Assembly (NCBI GenBank): GCA_965369655.1
Contig: CBDUQR010000001.1
Span: 128,001 to 192,000, forward strand
DNA length: 64,000 nt
Source: an uncultured bacterium
GTDB taxonomy: Bacteria > Zixibacteria > MSB-5A5 > JAABVY01 > JAHJOQ01
Reading direction: 5' to 3'
This document shows positions 53,284-62,300 of the stretch, piece after piece. The notes beneath the pieces were generated by a model. The model was not told the DNA's origin. It made no database searches and saw only the letters and a program-made list of their open reading frames with translations. The position numbers were made by a program, and so were the translations under genes. The first letter of the stretch is position 1. Each line of letters begins with the position of its first letter.

Positions 53284-53952
53284 ATCCAAGCCAAAACGAG
53301 TAAGCTCATACGTATAGGGATATTCTATGACGGCGGCTATTTCTTCAAAGTAAGTAACTACTATAAGTTCGGGCATCCGCGTGGTGCACGATTATCATTT
53401 GGTGGAATCCATGATTTCGTTCGTGCGAAAATCGCCGAGTTGGAGAATGTCGATGTGCAATACTGTCATATCATAGAGGCTCACTATTTCCGTGGGAGAC
53501 TTTCAGCCCAGACCGCTTCCGCGACAGATCAACTCGGGAAGGAGAGAGCATTTGACGATGTTCTAATCAGATCCGGCATTCTAACGCACTACCTTCCACT
53601 CGATGAGACTAATTATTCGCACCCTGTCGAAAAGGGTATCGACGTGATGCTCTCTGTCGAGGCGCTCGATCTGACGTATCACAAACAATTCGATGTTGTT
53701 GTCCTTGTGGTCTGTGACGGCGACTATGTCTCCCTTGTCCGGAAAGTGAACGGTCTCGGGACGAGGGTCATGTTGCTGGCCTGGGATTTCAGTTACGAAT
53801 ATGAAACCGAATCGAAATCGATAAGAAAAGAGCACACAAGAGTATCCCAGTCTCTGATCAATACAGTGACATATCCAATCATGATGTCGAGACTGATCGA
53901 CGACCGGACGTCCTCACGCGACGCGATCGTGAACGGTCTATTCGTCGGTTGA
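53284..53952 (+). CDS. NYN (LabA/DUF88-like) domain nuclease; apparent non-canonical start
   Basis: Frame stays open upstream of 53440 back to a TAA at 53278 and encodes RIGIFYDGGYF; EKGIDV and DGDY motifs downstream; AGGAGG at 53271 precedes ATC. Confidence 0.8.
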   Translation: MQAKTSKLIRIGIFYDGGYFFKVSNYYKFGHPRGARLSFGGIHDFVRAKIAELENVDVQYCHIIEAHYFRGRLSAQTASATDQLGKERAFDDVLIRSGILTHYLPLDETNYSHPVEKGIDVMLSVEALDLTYHKQFDVVVLVVCDGDYVSLVRKVNGLGTRVMLLAWDFSYEYETESKSIRKEHTRVSQSLINTVTYPIMMSRLIDDRTSSRDAIVNGLFVG

Positions 53953-53975
53953 ATTCAAACATACGATCCATAGGA

Positions 53976-54001
53976 AAAGGGCCGCAGATAAGCGGCCCTT
54001 T
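53976..54001. terminator. Bidirectional intrinsic terminator
   Basis: AAAGGGCCGC-AGATAA-GCGGCCCTTT between convergent genes. Confidence 0.88.
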
Positions 54002-54023
54002 CTCGTGTTGTCTTTCGAGATGA

Positions 54024-54590
54024 TCAGTTGCCGTCATTGTCCCACGGCCAATCTCCGAAACGAAATCCCCGTGGAGCCTCGCCGAACATCATACAATCAT
54101 CGTTCATCATGCCCATGCCGATTCCATGTCCGCGTGGATGACGCCCGCCTTGTCCGCGGCCACCGAAGGGCATCGTTTCGAGTTTCGCCTTTTGCTCATC
54201 GGTAAGCATGTTGCGGAAAGCGAGTCGCTGATGCACATTGATCTTCTGGATATTGGTTCTGATCGCCGACATCTGATCGATCTTTTTGTCGATCTCGGCC
54301 TTGCCAGCGCCACTCCGCATCAGTTCATGCAGTTCGAGACGAGCAAGCTTAAGATCAGACTTGATCGGGATCAGTTTCTTCTGTGTCTCAAGGCGCATTG
54401 CCCTGGCCTGCTTGATCTGATCAGTTGTCAGCTCGAGCATTTCGATCATGCTCTTGCCCTGACTGAATCCTTTGTGGAAATTACCACCGCCAGGACCTCC
54501 GCGCCCCATGCCTCTCTGTGCATTTGCAGTGACACCTCCGAATACGAATAGCGTAATTACCAGAAGTGTCAGGATTCCTGTCTTTTTCAT
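54024..54590 (-). CDS. Spy/CpxP family periplasmic chaperone-like protein
   Basis: Signal peptide, Gly/Met-rich linkers, LELTTDQ and MLTDEQK (LTxxQ) motifs. Confidence 0.88.
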   Translation of the reverse strand: MKKTGILTLLVITLFVFGGVTANAQRGMGRGGPGGGNFHKGFSQGKSMIEMLELTTDQIKQARAMRLETQKKLIPIKSDLKLARLELHELMRSGAGKAEIDKKIDQMSAIRTNIQKINVHQRLAFRNMLTDEQKAKLETMPFGGRGQGGRHPRGHGIGMGMMNDDCMMFGEAPRGFRFGDWPWDNDGN

Positions 54591-54591
54591 T

Positions 54592-55296
54592 TCAGATACC
54601 TCCTTCAGGAGACTTGTAGCCTCCGATTTCGATTTTGTTACACTCTTGTCTTATTCTCTCTCTATGCAATCCGTCGCAGGGGAATTGGGTACTTGATCGA
54701 TTTCCGATATCGTATACGACGCACCCATGATCGGGTGGGAAATCAGGCACCATGCAGGGTGGCGAGTCGATGAAGCCGATCATGCCGATCGGCAGCCTCG
54801 GTCCTCTTCCGACGCCACGGTGTTTTCTCCAGTGACCTTGCTTTTCCCTGTACCTGCCGATCTGACCTTCCAGCATGCCGAGGAGTTTGCGCTTCTGACG
54901 TGGAGTGAGCATCTCCCCTTCACTCATTATGTATCCGATCGCATCTCTATGGAGTCGGTTCTGGACGTTTCCTATAGAATCGACCAGTCCGAATACCAGC
55001 GCAGTGTCGGGCGATTCAGCGTGCATGGCAGCGAAGAGGTTCGACTGGAGTCTGTGCAGATCATCAGCCAGATGTCGTGTGCCTTCAAAAAACTCTCTGC
55101 GGGAATCTCTCACATGTTGCATCTGCTCTTTATCGAGCCCGATCCTGTTGAAGAATCTCAATTCGCGCTCAGCCGGATCACCCGGAGGCATCGGGAGTCC
55201 GCCGTGTGACCATCTCATATAAGCGACTGTGGAAATCGCGGTCAGATTGAATATGGTCAGCAGAACGATGGCAAATATGAACAACTTCTTTTTCAT
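54592..55296 (-). CDS. Periplasmic heavy-metal-sensor/Spy-like protein
   Basis: N-terminal TM (LLTIFNLTAI), GLDKEQ and LTPRQK motifs; downstream of an anti-sigma factor. Confidence 0.8.
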   Translation of the reverse strand: MKKKLFIFAIVLLTIFNLTAISTVAYMRWSHGGLPMPPGDPAERELRFFNRIGLDKEQMQHVRDSRREFFEGTRHLADDLHRLQSNLFAAMHAESPDTALVFGLVDSIGNVQNRLHRDAIGYIMSEGEMLTPRQKRKLLGMLEGQIGRYREKQGHWRKHRGVGRGPRLPIGMIGFIDSPPCMVPDFPPDHGCVVYDIGNRSSTQFPCDGLHRERIRQECNKIEIGGYKSPEGGI

Positions 55297-55784
55297 GATT
55301 CGTCACCTCCTGCGGCATCGTTGCTTGCAGTCAGATCGAAGTAGAGATCGGCGAGTGAACCACCCGGAAGATCCTCGAAACTGTCGAGGCCATAGTCAAC
55401 GAGAAGGTCAGATGACTCGTCAACGGACTCACCGGCTGTGGCTGGGACTACAGCGAATTTGTATCCTGAAAAGACAGCCAGAAGAAGAGCCACAGCAATT
55501 GCCGCTGGCTGGAGCGTCGGGAAAATCCTCTTCCAGATCGGGTCCGGCGATTTTCCGACGATCTCGTCATCGAGCCGCGCTTCGAGTCTGGTCCGGAAGA
55601 ACGGCGATGGTTCGAGTTCCTCAATCTCATCGACACTCGTCCATATCGCCCTGAATTGCTCGACCAGCTCGCGGCAGGAAGCGCACGACTCGATGTGCTG
55701 CCTGATCCGCTCGGTCAACTCATCGTCCAATTGCTGTTCGATGAAGTCTACGAGCTTTTCCTCTATGAGCCTGCAATTTTTCAC
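55293..55784 (-). CDS. Zinc-binding (zf-HC2) anti-sigma factor
   Basis: HIESCASC motif, single TM helix; follows an ECF sigma gene. Confidence 0.9.
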   Translation of the reverse strand: MKNCRLIEEKLVDFIEQQLDDELTERIRQHIESCASCRELVEQFRAIWTSVDEIEELEPSPFFRTRLEARLDDEIVGKSPDPIWKRIFPTLQPAAIAVALLLAVFSGYKFAVVPATAGESVDESSDLLVDYGLDSFEDLPGGSLADLYFDLTASNDAAGGDES

Positions 55785-55841
55785 ATCAACCTCCGTCTAT
55801 CTCAGAGACACTTGCATTCGATAATACTTGCATGCTTTTTC

Positions 55842-56468
55842 TCACTTCCCGAGCTTCCTGACGAGCGATTTCCGAAGACGTAATTTCGCCCTGTGGATTC
55901 GGGATTCGACAGCCGAGAGCGATATTCCGAGGAATCGGGCGATCTCGACATAGGGCATGCCATCGAGCTTGTGCAGGGAAAACGGCTTCCCGAGTCTCTC
56001 CGGCAACTCGGCGATCGCGTCATAGAGAATCGCAGCGTTCCGCTCGATCTCGAAGCTCCTGTCCGGCCTGTCCGAGTCCCTGCCGGGGATCGATTCTTCG
56101 ATATTGCGGTCTGAATCGGAGGATTCCATCGGGATCAGACCTGGCTTTCTGTTGTCGCGAATATAATTGAGAGACTTGTAATGTGCGATTCGCAGTATCC
56201 ATGTCGAAAGCGATGATTCGCCCCTGAACTTGTGGATATTTCGATAGACCTCGACGAAGACGTCCTGAGCGATGTCCTCAGCGTCCATCTTGTTGCCTGT
56301 CAAGCGATAGCAGAGATTCAGTACTCGACGGGAGAGACGGTCAACAAGAGTGTTGAACGCAGCCTTGTCACCCGACCTGATCTTCTCGATCAGCTCCCAT
56401 TCGTCTAAACGCTTTTCTATCATAAGCCGGATAGACATTACTACAGATTCGACACGAATAAAAGGCAA
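55842..56468 (-). CDS. ECF RNA polymerase sigma factor
   Basis: DAEDIAQDVF, FRGESSLSTWILRI, YVEIARFLG, VESRIHRAK; true start may be ATG 56423. Confidence 0.93.
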   Translation of the reverse strand: MPFIRVESVVMSIRLMIEKRLDEWELIEKIRSGDKAAFNTLVDRLSRRVLNLCYRLTGNKMDAEDIAQDVFVEVYRNIHKFRGESSLSTWILRIAHYKSLNYIRDNRKPGLIPMESSDSDRNIEESIPGRDSDRPDRSFEIERNAAILYDAIAELPERLGKPFSLHKLDGMPYVEIARFLGISLSAVESRIHRAKLRLRKSLVRKLGK

Positions 56469-56598
56469 AACTTGCGGAAATCTCGACAGTCCCGTATATA
56501 AATAATGAAGCTCGTTCGCGGGCGTGATTCAATACCCAATGCGAGAGAGGTATGTTGAATAAGGTAGTTAGTATGGTATATAGAGTGGTCGTTGGAAT

Positions 56599-56703
56599 TC
56601 GCCGTCATTGCGAGCGACCGAAGGGAGCGTGGCAATCTCATATTGGGCATCATATTGCATGAACTGAGATCACCACGTCGCTTCACTCCTCGTGATGACG
56701 ACA
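56599..56703 (+). repeat. Palindromic element A, full copy
   Basis: Near-identical to 27581-27686. Confidence 0.9.
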
Positions 56704-56748
56704 GTTGGCTCTGTAGGTTTTTCAACAAGCCCTAAGAGGGAAGACATC

Positions 56749-57921
56749 ATGCGTATAACAGCATTTATCCTTCTGCAGATCATTTTCACCGTCATGGCTG
56801 CGGCGGGAACTTCAGCCACATTCGAGGAGTCAAAAGCGCTCTCAGCAAAGAGCGGGAAACCGATACTCTTGGAATTCGTGCGCGAGGACTGAGAGTATTG
56901 TGAACTCGCCGCTCGTGAAGCGGAAAGTGAAAAAGATGTCAGGAGTGCCCTAACATATGTTGTACATCAGCCTGTCAATGTTCTTGATGAAACAGGCTCA
57001 CTTCTGGCGGAAGAATACGATGTCGGTACAACATATCCTGTATTCATCCTGACTAATTCACAGGGTGAGATTATCACTCGCTGGACCGGGTACACCGGCG
57101 GAGCACAGGGATTCATCAGGAATCTGCTGAATGCTCTCAAAGATCAGCGGACAATAGCAGAGCGCGTTGAGCAATTCAAGGCTCAGCCGATACTGCTCGA
57201 AGCGGCCGCACTGGCAGGGTTTTTCGCCGAAATCGGCGAGCATCATAAGGCTGTCGAGTATTTCAGACAGGCTGAGTATCTCAGAACCGGATCAGGTGCG
57301 GGATTTTCGTACGACATTTTCAAAAACACAGCCAATGCCGTCTGGAACGAGAAGGCTGAGTATGAGACTGTCTTCCCTGTCGCTGACACTGCGTTGGTTC
57401 TGGGGAAGCGAAATGCTACAAATGTGATCGGTGTTGCAAGGATCATGAGCAGGATGTCGAGGAAATTCGAGCGGACCGACTCTCTGGAAAAATACTTACA
57501 GGTTGGAATCGCTGCCGCGAAAAGCAGTACCGATCCCAAGTTGAACAGATCGCAGTACAGCCTGAGCGCTGATATGGCGCTTCAGATCGACAGCGACACG
57601 GCGCAGGCAATAAGCACAAGAAAGCAGGGTATGGGAGCGAACTGGTCTGACAATCGCGACAAGGCGTTTTCGTTTGCTAAATGGTGTCTCGAGCGGAAGA
57701 TCAACCTTGACGAGTCGGAATCGATTGCGCGCAGGACTGTCAATCTTGTTCACCCAGGTGTGTACAGGGCAAGGGTATTGAGTACGCTTGCGCATATTCT
57801 TGACGCTCGCGGCAAGATCGACGAAGCCATTACGACAGTCGAGCAGGCGATTGAACAAAACCCCGATGATCCATACTATTCCAAACAGTTGAAACGCCTG
57901 AAAGGTGAGACAGATGAATAA
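56749..57921 (+). CDS. Exported thioredoxin-fold/TPR protein with in-frame TGA (probable selenocysteine, UEYC motif)
   Basis: Signal peptide, AKSGKPILLEFVRED-TGA-EYC; same frame runs without further stops into the 57394-57921 ORF; YPVFILTNSQGE cis-Pro strand; C-terminal TPR. Confidence 0.8.
56893..56928 (+). promoter_or_regulatory. Candidate bacterial SECIS hairpin
   Basis: CCGCT-CGTGA-AGCGG stem-loop (56909-56923); loop begins 21 nt after the UGA and has G in position 2. Confidence 0.5.
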
Positions 57922-58076
57922 TGGCCGAGCAGGTCGGTGACCCGACACGGACCAAACATCACGCAACTTTGTGCTTTTCTGTCCAGTATTACATATATTA
58001 TAGATACTGCTGCAAGTTTGCAGGCATGGTTCGTGTCTTGTATGTGGATTCGTGTAACCTGACGGAGGAGTACACA

Positions 58077-59333
58077 TTGAAGAAACCGATATACGCAGTC
58101 ATCGTAGTCGTTGTCATTCTGGTGGGATACTACGGGGTCAATGCCGTTTTCACGGTCTCGACAGAGATCCCGACCGCTCTCGTAACCAGGGGAGAATTCG
58201 TCATCTCGCAGTCTGCGAATGGAAGCGTCGACGCCAAGCGTGCCTACATCATCTCCACGCCACGAGCTCGCGGACTCCAGATCACCTGGCTCGCTCCCGA
58301 AGGATCGATGGTAAACGCGGGCGATCCGGTGGTCAAGTTCGATGCTACCCAGCAGTTGGCCGACCTTGCCGAGAATGAGTCGTCGCTGAAGATCGCCAAT
58401 ACGACGTTAGAGCGCGCCAACCGCGAGTATACTATTCAGGAGAAGCAGCTCAAGCTTGAGTTGAAGAAGGCTCAACGGAACTATGATGAGAAGAAGCATG
58501 AAGCTCCCAAGGTCGCGGAAGAAGCCAGGCTTGAACTTGAACTGGCTGAACTGAATTTCGACGCAAAACTCCAGCAGATCAAGGCGGATGTCGAGAAAGC
58601 CGAACTCCAGGTCCAGCGTGCGCAGGATCGGTTGAATCAGTCGCAGCGAGAAGTCGATCAGACGTCAATCAACGCTCCGATACCCGGTATGGTGGTCTAT
58701 CTCGAAATCTGGAAAGGTGGCACTATGAGCAAAGTCCAGGAAGGAGACTCTCCATGGCCCGGACAGGGGCTTGTCAATCTTCCCGACCTCTCGGAGATGA
58801 TCGTCGATGCCGCAGTGTCGGAAGTTGACGCAAGCATAATTGATTCCGGGCAGCATGTTGTCATCACACTCGACGCATTTCCCGATCAGATATACAGAGG
58901 CGTTGTCGACAAGAAAAGCATTCTTGCTCGACGCAAGGAGCCCGGCTCCAAAATCAATGTCTTCGATGTCGAAATCGACATACTCAATCATGACGAGAGC
59001 GTAAAGCCGGGCATGTCGGCCTCCTGCAAAGTGATTATCGATCGCATCCCTGATGTAATCCAGGTCCCGCTCGAAGCGGTTTTTCAGAAGGAGGGCGAAG
59101 TTGTCGTTTTCCTGAAGAACAATGAAATGCGAGCGGTGCAGGTCGGCAGACGCAACGATATGCTCGTCGAGATTCTGTCTGGCCTCGATGGCGGTGAGCG
59201 CGTATGCTTAGTCGATCCGACTCTCGAGGAGCTTCCCGGGGACAAAGCCACCGAGCCTGAACTGAACAAGGGAAGGCAACTCAACGGCCCCCCGAATAAG
59301 AGACCTCAGGGGGCCAAAGGACGCGGGAAGTAA
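58077..59333 (+). CDS. Efflux periplasmic adaptor subunit (MacA/HlyD family)
   Basis: N-terminal TM, APEGSMVNAGD, coiled coil, INAPIPGMV, KPGMSA; TTG start after GGAGGAG. Confidence 0.9.
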   Translation: MKKPIYAVIVVVVILVGYYGVNAVFTVSTEIPTALVTRGEFVISQSANGSVDAKRAYIISTPRARGLQITWLAPEGSMVNAGDPVVKFDATQQLADLAENESSLKIANTTLERANREYTIQEKQLKLELKKAQRNYDEKKHEAPKVAEEARLELELAELNFDAKLQQIKADVEKAELQVQRAQDRLNQSQREVDQTSINAPIPGMVVYLEIWKGGTMSKVQEGDSPWPGQGLVNLPDLSEMIVDAAVSEVDASIIDSGQHVVITLDAFPDQIYRGVVDKKSILARRKEPGSKINVFDVEIDILNHDESVKPGMSASCKVIIDRIPDVIQVPLEAVFQKEGEVVVFLKNNEMRAVQVGRRNDMLVEILSGLDGGERVCLVDPTLEELPGDKATEPELNKGRQLNGPPNKRPQGAKGRGK

Positions 59334-59342
59334 TAGCGCGCC

Positions 59343-60644
59343 ATGGATTTTAGCTTTCTTTTCAGCATATCCATCGAGTCGCTCGGCGCTCACAAGCTCA
59401 GGACATTCCTGACAATGCTCGGGGTGATTATCGGCGTAGCCGCTGTGATAGCGATGTTGTCTATCGGCGAGGGCGCGAAACGGGAGGCGCTTGAGCAAAT
59501 AGAGATTCTCGGAATAAACAATGTTATCATAAATGCCAAAGTACCCGAAGAAGACCCGGCATCAGGTATCTCTCTCCAGAGATCGCCTGGCCTCTGTCTT
59601 GCCGACGGAGAGAACATCTCTGAGTTCAGCGAGCTTGTGGCGAATGTTGTTCCGCAAAGATTCGAGCAGATTACAGCAATTAGCTATCGAGGCGCTGAAG
59701 CTCCGGTCCGCGTCGTCTCGACCACTCCGGAATTCGTATTCTCATCATCTATAGGCGTCGAGTACGGACGTTTTATCACGGAGCTCGACTTGACCGATTT
59801 CAGCCAAATATGTGTCCTCGGCTCAAAAGCCAAGCGTGCGCTTTTTGCGTTCGATGATCCGATCGGCGAGTACGTCCGCATTGGAGACCTCGATTTCAGA
59901 GTCGTCGGAGTGATGATGGACAAATACATTGGCCGAGGCAAGGTCGAGGGACTTGAGTTAAAGAATTTCAATGAGGATGTGTATATTCCGCTAACTACAG
60001 CGCAGAAGAAAATCGATCGTGTAGAGAGCACAGGAGGACAGGCCTCATGGCGATTCGTTATAACAACCTCGGAAACGGAAAAGGCATACAACACGCCCGA
60101 GATTGACCAGTTGACAATTACAGTATCTGACCTGAAGTTCGTGCCGACGGTGACGAAGCTGGTCGAGAGGATTATCGAGCGGAGACATGCAGGCGTTGGC
60201 GATTATGAAATCGTCGTGCCGGAGTCTCTGCTAAGGCAATCTCAGAAGACACAGCAGATTTTCAACATTGTCATGGGCGCCATCGCCGGACTGTCGCTCC
60301 TCGTCGGGGGCATCGGCATAATGAATATCATGCTTGCGTCGGTGCTCGAACGAACGCGCGAGATCGGAGTCAGGCGAGCGGTCGGAGCAAAGCGGAATGA
60401 CATCATGAGACAATTCCTGATCGAAGCGGTGACGATATGTCTCCTCGGTTGCACCGTCGGACTCGTGCTTGGTCTTGTAATATCTAAAGCAATTGCATTC
60501 TATGCTGGCTGGCCGACCATAGTTTCAATCTTCTCCATCGTGCTGTCGATTGGAGTCTCATCCACTGTCGGCATAGTATTCGGTCTCTTCCCAGCTCACA
60601 AGGCATCAACGATCAATGTGATAGAGGCGCTCAGGTATGAGTAG
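59343..60644 (+). CDS. MacB-like ABC transporter permease
   Basis: RTFLTMLGVIIGVAAV, LLVGGIGIMNIMLASVLERTREIGVRRAVGA, EALRYE. Confidence 0.95.
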   Translation: MDFSFLFSISIESLGAHKLRTFLTMLGVIIGVAAVIAMLSIGEGAKREALEQIEILGINNVIINAKVPEEDPASGISLQRSPGLCLADGENISEFSELVANVVPQRFEQITAISYRGAEAPVRVVSTTPEFVFSSSIGVEYGRFITELDLTDFSQICVLGSKAKRALFAFDDPIGEYVRIGDLDFRVVGVMMDKYIGRGKVEGLELKNFNEDVYIPLTTAQKKIDRVESTGGQASWRFVITTSETEKAYNTPEIDQLTITVSDLKFVPTVTKLVERIIERRHAGVGDYEIVVPESLLRQSQKTQQIFNIVMGAIAGLSLLVGGIGIMNIMLASVLERTREIGVRRAVGAKRNDIMRQFLIEAVTICLLGCTVGLVLGLVISKAIAFYAGWPTIVSIFSIVLSIGVSSTVGIVFGLFPAHKASTINVIEALRYE

Positions 60645-60672
60645 CATCTTTTTTTGAAAAGGAACCGTTGCG

Positions 60673-62145
60673 ATGAAAGCACTGCTCGCATTAACCCTGT
60701 GTGGCATGATGTCATTATGTACCAGTGTTCATGCTACGAAACTGACTCTCGAAAACGCGATAGACATCGCACTAAACCGGACATCCCGGGGTGAGATGAT
60801 CCGCGGGAATCTTGAAGTTGCAGAGCAGAACTACTTCGCCCGGAAAATCAATTTCTATCTGCCGGAGATATCGATCAACGGAGCACTGCCTCAGTACACT
60901 GTCGATGAATCATACAGGTTCTTCGGAGGCGCCACAAAGAAGGGTTTGCGAACGACTCGTGAATTGAATTACAGGTCATTCATTCGGCTCAAGCAAAGTC
61001 TCTTGACGGGAGGGGACGTCAGCCTTACGGCTAATCTTGTATCAGGCGACGAGAGATATCCCGATCTGCAGCTCAATCCCGCAACTGGCGAAGTGACAAG
61101 CAGGGGAACTATCGTCGAGGAGAGTCGGCTCGGGGATTTCGAACTTGTTTACACTCAGCCGATCCTCAAACCATCGGAATCGAAGAACAATCTCTACAAT
61201 GCAAGAGACGATTTGTCGACAGCCCGGCTGGAGAGATTGGAGGATGAAGCTGATCTTAAGCGAGAGACAATCGAGACTTATGTCGATCTGCTCCAGTTGG
61301 GAATACAATCGGAGATCATCGCCGACAAGTTCGAATCTGCAAGGCTGGCGGCGGAGATTGACTCGATGAAGCTCTCCGATGGAGTGGTCTCCGACGAGGA
61401 CTGGCTGATTTCGGCTTCTAACAGGCTGGATGCCGAGCTTGAATTCTTCGATATCGAGAATTCGACGTCAGAAAAACGTCGCGAACTGGCTATACTGATG
61501 GATTTCGATCCGGAAACAGAGATGGAGCTTGTCGAACCTGCAGTCGGTGATCGCCTTAGCGAACAAAACAAGAATCGGATGCTCGTATCCTCGGGTAATA
61601 CCGTACAGGTCAGGAAAGCCGAGATTCAATACGCCAGTGCCGAACGACAGGCCGATCATGCTGCGTCGGGACTCGGAATAAACGCCGATCTTGAAGCTAA
61701 GTACAAGACAGGCAAAGGATGGTACGAAACGAATGGCGACCGTCTCGATGTGGACCTCGAAGGCTGGGGAGTCGCGCTCAATTTCTCTTTCCCGCTTTGG
61801 GATGGCGGCGCTGCGGGCGCTGCGGTCATGTCGGCTCGTCTGGAAGCCGAGCAGGCAAAACTTGATCTGTCCAGACAGAGAAAAACCGAAAAAGCTGAGA
61901 TCATCAACCTCGTTAACAAGATCGACGTCAGTTTCAAGCGACTCGAAATTATCAGACAACAGATTGAGCTTGCCCGGAACAAACTCGATATCGCTCAGTC
62001 ACGTTACGACGATGGCCAGATTTCCCGCATCACGTTTCTCGAAAGCAGAGTCTTCTACCTCGAGACCAGGGACAAGTATCTTGAGGAATTGAAGAGCTAC
62101 CTGCTCGACAGGATTCAACTCGACAGCAAATTCCTCGAAGAATAG
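60673..62145 (+). CDS. TolC family outer-membrane channel
   Basis: Signal peptide, LTLENAIDIAL, FSFPLWDGG, SRYDDGQIS; follows adaptor and permease. Confidence 0.88.
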   Translation: MKALLALTLCGMMSLCTSVHATKLTLENAIDIALNRTSRGEMIRGNLEVAEQNYFARKINFYLPEISINGALPQYTVDESYRFFGGATKKGLRTTRELNYRSFIRLKQSLLTGGDVSLTANLVSGDERYPDLQLNPATGEVTSRGTIVEESRLGDFELVYTQPILKPSESKNNLYNARDDLSTARLERLEDEADLKRETIETYVDLLQLGIQSEIIADKFESARLAAEIDSMKLSDGVVSDEDWLISASNRLDAELEFFDIENSTSEKRRELAILMDFDPETEMELVEPAVGDRLSEQNKNRMLVSSGNTVQVRKAEIQYASAERQADHAASGLGINADLEAKYKTGKGWYETNGDRLDVDLEGWGVALNFSFPLWDGGAAGAAVMSARLEAEQAKLDLSRQRKTEKAEIINLVNKIDVSFKRLEIIRQQIELARNKLDIAQSRYDDGQISRITFLESRVFYLETRDKYLEELKSYLLDRIQLDSKFLEE

Positions 62146-62245
62146 GTATTATCTCAGGTCATATCGCATAAGCGACACGAAAGCCCCGGCGAACATGAAC
62201 ATGCTCCCAGACAGCAACAGAGACAGGTCGATCGGTGACACATAA

Positions 62246-62275
62246 CAGGCGATCGGGATAACCCGACCGCCTGTG
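62246..62275. terminator. Probable bidirectional terminator
   Basis: ACAGGCGATCGGG-ATAA-CCCGACCGCCTGT hairpin between convergent genes. Confidence 0.7.
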
Positions 62276-62300
62276 TCGTGAAGTATCTGGGGGGGATGAT

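Noticed and set aside
54592-54800. Cys/Pro-rich C-terminal tail of the periplasmic sensor as a new metal-binding domain
   Set aside because: Could equally be read-through into former intergenic DNA; cannot be decided without homologues
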